A stretch of 47,926 nucleotides of DNA from NCBI GenBank assembly GCA_903831815.1, contig CAIKZC010000003.1, forward strand, positions 1 to 47,926, read 5' to 3'. A program made the position numbers and the translations under genes. Source of the stretch: an uncultured bacterium. GTDB taxonomy: Bacteria; Patescibacteriota; Minisyncoccia; Phycocordibacterales; UBA11359. Each line of letters starts with the position of its first letter. The stretch's first letter is position 1. The notes under the pieces were generated by a model. That model was not told where the DNA came from, ran no database searches, and saw only the letters and a program-made list of their open reading frames with translations. This document shows, piece after piece, positions 1 through 6,118 of the stretch.

Positions 1-716
1 CGCCTAAGCGTCCAGAGCGACGGCGGAGTTCGGCACCTCGATGTCGGCTCATCTTATCCTGGGGGTGGAGAAGCTCCCAAGGGTATGGCTGTTCGCCATT
101 TAAAAAGATACGCGAGCTGGGTTCAGACCGTTAAGAAACGAAAATGCGGCGCAAGTGCGTCGCGTGGTTGGTTTTTTAACCGTCTGAATCCCGAGGTTAA
201 ATATATTAAGCAACACGATTTGATGTTGATCTGAATCACGGCGGTCGCAGAGAGAAATTTTTGCGATTGAAGTTGACTAAATTCGGTGGAGTCCTCCATG
301 AACGTGGCAGGATGATACCTAGGGAACCGCAAGGGCCCGTAGAGACTAAACGTCAACGATCTGATTTCAAAGCAATTTGAAAAGATTAAGCTATAGTCCA
401 ATACACACAGTAATGTGTGAACAATATGCGTGAGACAGGTTGGTCTCCTATCTACTGCAGGCGTTGATTCTTGAGGAGATTTCCTATTAGTACGAGAGGA
501 CCGTAGGGAACTGACCTCTGGTGTATCTGCTGTCTTGCCAAAGGCAACGCAGAGTAGCTATGTCGGGCACGGATAACTGCTGAAAGCATCTAAGCAGGAA
601 GCCGTCTCCAAGATTAGGAATCGTTATAGACCCCAGAGAGATGATCTGGTGATAGGCGTTAGGTGTACGCGCAGTAATGCGTTGAGCCAAGACGTACTAA
701 TTTGTCGATTCTTATT
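1..716 (+). rRNA. rrl: 23S rRNA, 3' portion (domains V-VI), partial at window start, interrupted by an intron at 132-428
   Basis: Conserved 23S strings read directly: GGCACCTCGATGTCGGCTC (35-53), CCAAGGGTATGGCTGTTCGCCATTTAAA (78-105), TACGCGAGCTGGGTTCAGA (109-127), then after the insert GTGAGACAGGTTGGTCTCCTATCT, TAGTACGAGAGGACC, GCTGAAAGCATCTAAG, and the 3' tail GCGTTGAGCCAAGACGTACTAAT. The 3' end is approximate (+/-10 nt). Confidence 0.9.
132..428 (+). ncRNA. Group I self-splicing intron (no ORF) inside 23S rRNA
   Basis: 297 nt interrupt an otherwise contiguous conserved 23S motif (GGGTTCAGACCGT | CGTGAGACAGG). The 5' exon ends in U131 and the intron ends in G428. P1 candidate is CCGU(128-131)/GCGG(146-149) with a U.G wobble at the splice site. 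Core AGACUAAACGUC (343-354) and CUAUAGUC (391-398) resemble the Tetrahymena J6/7-P7-P3 and P7' strands. P3 candidate is GUUGAC(282-287)/GUCAAC(352-357). There is a GCAA-tetraloop hairpin at 366-381. Confidence 0.8.
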
Positions 717-835
717 AGGAAATTTGAAAACCAATTATTGTTGTGCTCTGTTACATGGAATTATATCTGTCGACAACGACGGGGGAATTCCATATAGATG
801 TTTAAATGCCTAATAGTGGAAACACTTGTTCTTTT

Positions 836-908
836 GCCGGGATGGTCTAAATAAGGCGCCTGAATGCTATTCAGGAGATTTAGGTTCAAATCCTTTAGCC
901 CGGTACCA
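836..908 (+). tRNA. Atypical tRNA-like element (anticodon-loop AUGCUAU, i.e. GCU/Ser-type triplet, but class-I size, degenerate D and T arms, encoded ACCA end)
   Basis: Acceptor-like stem GCCGGG(836-841)/CCCGGU(899-904) followed by A-CCA. Anticodon arm CCUGA/AUGCUAU/UCAGG (859-875). T-loop TTCAAAT (885-891) closed by only 3 Watson-Crick pairs plus two U-U. D stem GUCU/AGGC has a 5-nt loop lacking GG. No long variable arm, although bacterial tRNA-Ser is class II. Confidence 0.35.
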
Positions 909-909
909 T

Positions 910-981
910 GCGTGAGTAGCTCAGCTGGCAGAGCATCTGGCTCAAACCAGAATGTCGGAGGTTCGATCCCTCTCTCGCGCT
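910..981 (+). tRNA. tRNA with good cloverleaf but a 6-nt anticodon loop (CUCAAA); isotype undetermined (CAA-like triplet on a class-I body)
   Basis: Acceptor GCGTGAG/CTCGCGC, D arm GCTC-AGCTGGCA-GAGC, anticodon stem TCTGG(936-940)/CCAGA(947-951), variable ATGTC, T arm GGAGG-TTCGATC-CCTCT, discriminator T981. Starts 1 nt after the preceding tRNA-like element. No encoded CCA. Confidence 0.6.
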
Positions 982-1097
982 TGCAGAGGATGCGAAACGA
1001 GTTGCAGAGCGAACAGCTACGTTTCGTTTGAAGTGTGGAGAAAGGCTGGTAAGCGCCATTCTCTCATTTCTTCGGGTCCCACGACGGCCTGAACCTT

Positions 1098-1134
1098 GAG
1101 AGGAAACTTCGCGGACCGCACGAAGTTTCCTCTC
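1098..1134 (+). other. Perfect 14-bp hairpin in the tRNA-5S spacer (possible processing stem)
   Basis: GAGAGGAAACTTCG (1098-1111), a 9-nt loop, then CGAAGTTTCCTCTC (1121-1134). No following T-run, so it is not a typical intrinsic terminator. Confidence 0.5.
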
Positions 1135-1171
1135 TACTATTAGTCATTTAAACATTTGATAATTGAATATT

Positions 1172-1283
1172 TTGTTCTGGTGATTTGTCGCGAGGGTCAC
1201 ACCTGTTCTCATTCCGAACACAGAAGTTAAGCCTCGTTGAAGCGATGATACCCTGGAGGGAAAGTAGCTAGTCGCCGGAACAA
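1172..1283 (+). rRNA. rrf: 5S rRNA
   Basis: Typical 5S strings CACCTGTTCTCATTCCGAACACAGAAGTTAAGC and CCTGGAGGGAAAGTAG. The terminal helix TGTTCTGG...CCGGAACA closes the molecule. Ends are approximate. Confidence 0.85.
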
Positions 1284-1298
1284 AGTATTTAATCTCGA

Positions 1299-1329
1299 AA
1301 AAGCACCTTTTTTAAGGTGTTTTTTCTTT
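1299..1329 (+). terminator. Rho-independent terminator after 5S rRNA
   Basis: Stem GCACCTT(1303-1309)/AAGGTGT(1314-1320) with a TTTT loop, followed by TTTTTTCTTTT. Confidence 0.5.
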
Positions 1330-1331
1330 TT

Positions 1332-1441
1332 AAAAGGAGCAAATGTGTTCGAGAAGCACTCCGCAGCGCGACTGGCGCGAGGATAAGGAAAAAGTCAGCA
1401 AGACTTTTTCCGTGTGATTCGAGAACATTTTTGCTCCTTTT
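1332..1441 (+). other. ~110-nt palindromic structured element of unknown function between 5S terminator and tRNA-Ile promoter
   Basis: Closing stem AAAAGGAGCAAA(1332-1343)/TTTGCTCCTTTT(1430-1441), extended by TGTTC/GAACA. The interior holds a perfect 10-bp hairpin GGAAAAAGTC-AGCAA-GACTTTTTCC (1387-1411) and a GC-rich GCGC...GCGC hairpin. Confidence 0.4.
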
Positions 1442-1455
1442 AAAAATATAAAAGC

Positions 1456-1484
1456 TTGTAAAAGTCACGATTTTCTGGTAATTT
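1456..1484 (+). promoter_or_regulatory. Candidate sigma70-type promoter for tRNA-Ile
   Basis: TTGTAA (1456-1461), a 17-nt spacer, then TG-extended -10 TGGTAATTT (1476-1484). The tRNA starts at 1494. Confidence 0.35.
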
Positions 1485-1493
1485 ATAACCCAC

Positions 1494-1567
1494 GGGCGTA
1501 TAGCTCAGGTGGTTAGAGCGCGTCACTGATAATGACGAGGTCCCAAGTTCAACTCTTGGTACGCCCA
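1494..1567 (+). tRNA. tRNA-Ile (anticodon GAU)
   Basis: Acceptor GGGCGTA/TACGCCC, D arm GCTC-AGGTGGTTA-GAGC, anticodon arm CGTCA-CTGATAA-TGACG, T arm CCAAG-TTCAACT-CTTGG, discriminator A. CCA is not encoded. Confidence 0.92.
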
Positions 1568-1622
1568 CAAATAACCAAAAAATGTTATAATGCATTTTAA
1601 TATAAGTTATTTTTAATCTAAC

Positions 1623-3053
1623 ATGCAAATCCAGAAAAAAACTAAGATCGTCGCTACAATTGGCCCAGCCACTTATTCGGAAGAAAAGTTGGCTGCACTA
1701 CTAAAATCCGGTCTCAACGTTGCGCGTTTAAATTTTTCTCATGGTGATTTTCCTGAACATCAAGAAAAAGTGGATAATCTTAGAAAAGCGGTTGAAAAAA
1801 CCGGTATTCCGTGCGCCATCCTGCAAGATTTGGCCGGTCCAAAAATTCGTATTGGTGAATTTAAGAATGGATCAATTACCCTAAAAGAAGGTCAGATATT
1901 TACAATCACTACCGATCAGATCGAAGGAGATGAAAATCGTGTTTCGGTAAATTATCCGCATTTTGCCAAAGAGGTTTCTGTTGGTCACACCGTTTTTCTT
2001 CATGATGGTAAAAAGGAACTTCAGGTGATGGAAGTTAAAGGCAATGACGTGATTTGTAAAGTTATTATTGGCGGCGATATTTACGGTCGTCGTGGAGTCA
2101 ATCTTCCTCATTCGGATTTGTCAGTTTCTTCTATGACCGAAAAGGATCACGCTGACATTGAATTTGGTATAAAAAATGAAGTTGATTTTTTTGCTTTGTC
2201 TTTTGTTCGCCGTCCTTCCGATATTACCGAGCTCCGCACCGTTCTGAACGCCAAAAAATCAAAAGCTAAAATTATTGCCAAGATCGAAACGCCTCAAGCC
2301 CTCGCTAATATTGATGAAATTCTGAAATTAACAGACGGAGTCATGATTGCACGCGGCGATTTAGCAATCGAAATTCCTGCGGAAAACGTTCCTGTGGCTC
2401 AAAAAATGTTGATCACAAAATGTAATGATCTGGGTAAACCGGTCATAACTGCAACTCAAATGTTAGAATCGATGATCGAGTCTCCGGTCCCGACTCGCGC
2501 GGAAGTTTCCGATATTGCAAATGCTATCTTCGATGGCACCGACGCAATCATGCTTTCGGAAGAAACCGCTCTTGGAGGATTTCCGGTTGAAGCGGTTCAA
2601 ATGATGGCACGCGTCGCTTTAAAAGTTGAAAGCGACCATTTATATTTGAAGGCCGAAAAAGGCAAACGACACATGAAAGGTCCGGCGCTTGGCGTGGTTG
2701 ATGCTGTGACAAGTGAAGCTGTTGATGTGGCGGATAGAATAGGCGCAAAATGCATTGTGGCATTAACTCACTCCGGCTTTACGGCTGCCATGGTTGCTCG
2801 TTATAAACCCGTTCAACCTCTCATTGCCTTTACGCCGGACGAAACGATCTCTCGACAGCTTTTACTTTCTTACGGCTGCGCTCCGGTCATAAACAAAAAT
2901 TCTCATACTTTTACCGATGCGATGGATGAAGTTCGAAAGTTCGCATTGGAAAAGAAATTGGCCAAGAAAGGCGACAAAGTTGTGGTGGTGGCCGGTGCTC
3001 CTTTCAATCAAAAAGGAGTTGAGACCAACTTAATGTTGGTTGAAACGATTTAA
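1623..3053 (+). CDS. pyk: Pyruvate kinase
   Basis: 476-aa ORF with motifs KTKIVATIGPA, NVARLNFSHGD, KIETPQAL, MIARGDLAIEIP and MLSEETA. Confidence 0.95.
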   Translation: MQIQKKTKIVATIGPATYSEEKLAALLKSGLNVARLNFSHGDFPEHQEKVDNLRKAVEKTGIPCAILQDLAGPKIRIGEFKNGSITLKEGQIFTITTDQIEGDENRVSVNYPHFAKEVSVGHTVFLHDGKKELQVMEVKGNDVICKVIIGGDIYGRRGVNLPHSDLSVSSMTEKDHADIEFGIKNEVDFFALSFVRRPSDITELRTVLNAKKSKAKIIAKIETPQALANIDEILKLTDGVMIARGDLAIEIPAENVPVAQKMLITKCNDLGKPVITATQMLESMIESPVPTRAEVSDIANAIFDGTDAIMLSEETALGGFPVEAVQMMARVALKVESDHLYLKAEKGKRHMKGPALGVVDAVTSEAVDVADRIGAKCIVALTHSGFTAAMVARYKPVQPLIAFTPDETISRQLLLSYGCAPVINKNSHTFTDAMDEVRKFALEKKLAKKGDKVVVVAGAPFNQKGVETNLMLVETI

Positions 3054-3071
3054 AAAGAAGTATTTTGTCGT

Positions 3072-3158
3072 GCCGAAGTGGCGAAATTGGCAGACGCACA
3101 GCGTTCAGGTCGCTGTGAGGGTAACCTCGTAAGGGTTCAAGTCCCTTCTTCGGCACCA
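3072..3158 (+). tRNA. tRNA-Leu (anticodon CAG), class II, CCA encoded
   Basis: Acceptor GCCGAAG/CTTCGGC, anticodon arm CAGCG-TTCAGGT-CGCTG, long variable arm GAGG-GTAA-CCTC, T arm AAGGG-TTCAAGT-CCCTT, A-CCA end. Lies inside the 5' end of the track ORF 3078..4526. Confidence 0.92.
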
Positions 3159-3164
3159 ATTATT

Positions 3165-4526
3165 ATGGATTACACAACATATTTCAAAGGCAAGAAAATT
3201 ACGGTCATGGGTCTGGGACTTCTCGGAAGAGGCTTGGGAGTAGTTAAATTTTTGGCTGAATGCGGTGCTGATTTGTTGGTGACCGATCTAAAAACCAAAG
3301 AGCAACTTGCTCCAAGTCTAGCAGAATTGTCGAATTATAAAAATATAACTTTCATCTTAGGCGAACATCGTTTGGAAGATTTTCGAGACGGAGATCTGAT
3401 TATAAAAGCGGCCGGGGTTCCACTTAATTCTATTTATGTTGCCGAGGCGGTTTTGCATGGTGTGCCGGTCAAAATGGAATCATCTCTTTTTGCCAAGTTT
3501 ACCAAAGCGACTTTGATTGGTGTGACAGGCACGCGCGGCAAATCAACAACCACGCATTTTATCTATGAATCGCTAAAAAAATTCTATAAAAATGGCAAGG
3601 TTTTTATCGGTGGAAATGTTAAAGGTATCGCAACTTTGCCGCTTTTAAAAGAAGCCGACAAAAATGATGTTGTGGTTTTGGAGCTCGATTCATGGCAGCT
3701 GCAAGGCTTTGGAGACGAAAAAATAAGTCCTCATATCGCCGTGTTCACCAATTTTTTGCCGGATCATTTGAATTATTATATGAAAAATGGTGATTCCGAA
3801 GCGTATGCTATGGAATTATATTTTAGCGACAAGGCCAACATTTTTAGACATCAAAATAAATCGGATTATCTGATCGTGTCCGGAGAAATGGCTCATTATA
3901 TAGTTAAAAAATATCCATTATTACAATCGGAGATCGTGGCAGTGACTGAAAAAGATTTGCTTCCTGATTGGCACTTGAATATTCCGGGTGAACACAATCG
4001 AGAAAATTTGGTTTTGGGTGCGTCAGTGCTACGCGTTATTGGTTGTTTGGAAGATGAAATAAAATTAAGCGTGGAAAGTTTTAAGGGTGTGTCTGGACGG
4101 CTTGAATTGATTAGAGAGAAGGATGGTATTAAAATTTTTAATGATACGACATCTACCACTCCTGTAGCCGGGATTGTCGCTCTTAAATCTATCGGTAATA
4201 TCGATAAAAAAAATATTGTGTTGATCATGGGAGGAGCAAATAAACAGATTGATATGATTGATTTAATAAATATTTTGCCGCAGTACTGCAGTACGGTGGT
4301 TTTATTGCCTGGCACCGGCACTGATACAGTAAGAGAAAAGATCAAAAAAAATGTGTCTCAAACGATTGAAGTGGATAATTTGCAAGATGCTGTTTCAAAA
4401 GCCATGAATGCGGCCAAAACAGGAGACATTGTCTTATTTAGTCCAAGCTTCGCTTCTTTTGGATTATTTCAAAATGAATTTGATCGAGGTGAACAATTTG
4501 AAAAATTGATAAAAAATTTGAAATGA
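3165..4526 (+). CDS. murD: UDP-N-acetylmuramoylalanine--D-glutamate ligase (MurD)
   Basis: Start moved to the internal ATG 3165 (MDYTTYFKGKKITVMGLGLLGRG) because 3078-3158 is tRNA-Leu. Has an N-terminal Rossmann-like GLGxxG and the Mur ligase P-loop VTGTRGKSTT. ATGA overlap with murC. Confidence 0.9.
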   Translation: MDYTTYFKGKKITVMGLGLLGRGLGVVKFLAECGADLLVTDLKTKEQLAPSLAELSNYKNITFILGEHRLEDFRDGDLIIKAAGVPLNSIYVAEAVLHGVPVKMESSLFAKFTKATLIGVTGTRGKSTTTHFIYESLKKFYKNGKVFIGGNVKGIATLPLLKEADKNDVVVLELDSWQLQGFGDEKISPHIAVFTNFLPDHLNYYMKNGDSEAYAMELYFSDKANIFRHQNKSDYLIVSGEMAHYIVKKYPLLQSEIVAVTEKDLLPDWHLNIPGEHNRENLVLGASVLRVIGCLEDEIKLSVESFKGVSGRLELIREKDGIKIFNDTTSTTPVAGIVALKSIGNIDKKNIVLIMGGANKQIDMIDLINILPQYCSTVVLLPGTGTDTVREKIKKNVSQTIEVDNLQDAVSKAMNAAKTGDIVLFSPSFASFGLFQNEFDRGEQFEKLIKNLK

Positions 4527-5806
4527 AAAAAGTACACTTTATCGGTATCGGTGGCATTGGTGTTTCGGCGGTGGCTCGCATGATGCTTAATGACGGCAAT
4601 AAAGTTTCCGGCTCCGATCGAAGTCGTTCGGAAATAACGGAAATGTTGGAAAATCTTGGAATTATCATCAATTATGAACAAAAAGCTGAAAATATTTTAG
4701 CTGACATGGATTTGATCGTATACACCATTGCCGTTCCAGATTCTAATCCGGAATTGATGCAAGCCAAAAAATTGGGTATCAAGACCATTTCATATCCGCA
4801 ATTTGTCGGAGAGATTTCCAAAGACAAATATACTATTGCCGTCACCGGTACTCATGGTAAAACGACCACAACGGCCATGATCGCCAAAATTCTGATTGAT
4901 GCCGAACTTGATCCAACCGTTATTGTCGGCAGTTTAATAAAAGATATAAAAGGGGATCGTACTAATTTTATAGCTGGAAAAAGCAAATATTTAGTAATCG
5001 AGGCTTGTGAATACAAACGATCGTTTTTGAATTATTATCCTCAAATTTTAGTAGTGAATAATATTGATAATGACCATTTGGATTATTACAAAGATGTGGC
5101 TGATATACAAAAAGCTTTTGCCGAATTGGCTGAACGCGTTCCGCAAGACGGATTTGTGGTGACGGATAAAAATGATCCAATCATTTCTCCAATTTTGAAA
5201 AAAGTTGAAGCTAAAGTGGTAAATTACTCTCTTTATAATAATTTGCCGGTCACGTTGAAAGTACCCGGAATCCATAACAAGAAAAATGCCGCAGCTGCGT
5301 TTGCGGTCGCCATATCACTTGGTGTTGATCCGAAAATTGCTCAAAAATCCTCGGAATCTTTTGCAGGTACATGGAGGAGATTTGAGTATAAAGGCGAGAC
5401 CAAAAATGGCGCAAAAGTGTATGACGATTACGGACATCATCCGACTGAGATCAAAGCGACTCTTCAGGGCGCTCGAGAATTGTATTCTCGCGAACGTTTA
5501 ATTGCGGTTTTTCAACCACATCTATATAGTCGAACGAAATTGTTACTCGACGATTTTGCGACTGCATTTGAGCAGGCTGATGAAATTATTTTGGCTCCAA
5601 TTTATGCGGCGCGTGAAGTTGATGACGGAACTATTTCCTCGGAAATTTTGGCCAAGAAAATTGCCGAAAATGATAATTTTGTTCAAGTGTTACCAACTTT
5701 TGAAAAAATAGAAAATTATTTGTCGGAAAAAAGTAAAAAAGGGGATGTAATTGTGGTTTTGGGTGCCGGTGATATTTACAAAATTGCGGAGAGTATTGTA
5801 TACTGA
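4523..5806 (+). CDS. murC: UDP-N-acetylmuramate--L-alanine ligase (MurC)
   Basis: Motifs HFIGIGGIGVSAVA, AVTGTHGKTTT and DDYGHHPTEI. Confidence 0.92.
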   Translation: MKKVHFIGIGGIGVSAVARMMLNDGNKVSGSDRSRSEITEMLENLGIIINYEQKAENILADMDLIVYTIAVPDSNPELMQAKKLGIKTISYPQFVGEISKDKYTIAVTGTHGKTTTTAMIAKILIDAELDPTVIVGSLIKDIKGDRTNFIAGKSKYLVIEACEYKRSFLNYYPQILVVNNIDNDHLDYYKDVADIQKAFAELAERVPQDGFVVTDKNDPIISPILKKVEAKVVNYSLYNNLPVTLKVPGIHNKKNAAAAFAVAISLGVDPKIAQKSSESFAGTWRRFEYKGETKNGAKVYDDYGHHPTEIKATLQGARELYSRERLIAVFQPHLYSRTKLLLDDFATAFEQADEIILAPIYAAREVDDGTISSEILAKKIAENDNFVQVLPTFEKIENYLSEKSKKGDVIVVLGAGDIYKIAESIVY

Positions 5807-5810
5807 CTTT

Positions 5811-6071
5811 ATGCATAAAAACCGAATTATTATAATTTTAGCGATTCTGATTTTCTTTATTCCTCAATCTGGCTTTACGCCATCGACGAAAGTCTTTTTA
5901 ACCGAACTACTTTCTGCCGGTATTGTGATTCTAGCCATTCTCGTTGAACGAAAAGGATTTTTCTCAATCTTATGGCATAAAAAAAGTACTGTAACTCCGG
6001 TAGCTCATACTTACATGGATCATAATGGTACTCCTTCTGTAAGCCAGGGAACAAGTTCGGAGAGTAAGTAA
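5811..6071 (+). CDS. Small hypothetical membrane protein (86 aa, two hydrophobic helices)
   Basis: Internal ATG 5811 of track ORF 5751..6071; the longer start overlaps the murC 3' end. Hydrophobic stretches IIIILAILIFFIP and LLSAGIVILAILV. No recognisable family. Confidence 0.45.
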   Translation: MHKNRIIIILAILIFFIPQSGFTPSTKVFLTELLSAGIVILAILVERKGFFSILWHKKSTVTPVAHTYMDHNGTPSVSQGTSSESK

Positions 6072-6118
6072 AATAAGCCTTTTTCTATTTTGCCAATATT
6101 TGATATACTGTATTCAGT

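Noticed and set aside
123-690. Track ORFs 123..401(-) and 487..690(-), including the idea that the 92-aa ORF antisense to the intron could be a homing endonuclease
   Set aside because: Both lie inside 23S rRNA or intron sequence on the opposite strand. The translations show no LAGLIDADG, GIY-YIG, HNH or His-Cys box motifs and look like random sequence.
1343-1417. 24-codon mini-ORF (MCSRSTPQRDWREDKEKVSKTFSV) behind the AGGAG of the palindromic element
   Set aside because: SD-to-ATG spacing is only ~3 nt, the SD is buried in the 12-bp closing helix, and the peptide has no recognisable features. More likely an accident of the RNA structure.
1440-1628. Track ORF 1440..1628(-), 62 aa
   Set aside because: It is antisense to tRNA-Ile and its promoter, so it is a spurious ORF.
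3078-3164. N-terminal 29 codons of track ORF 3078..4526 (GTG start)
   Set aside because: This stretch is tRNA-Leu(CAG). The MurD homology starts at the ATG at 3165.
5751-5810. Longer start of ORF 5751..6071 overlapping the murC 3' end by 56 nt
   Set aside because: The extension is out-of-frame murC sequence. The ATG at 5811, just after the murC stop, precedes the hydrophobic helices.
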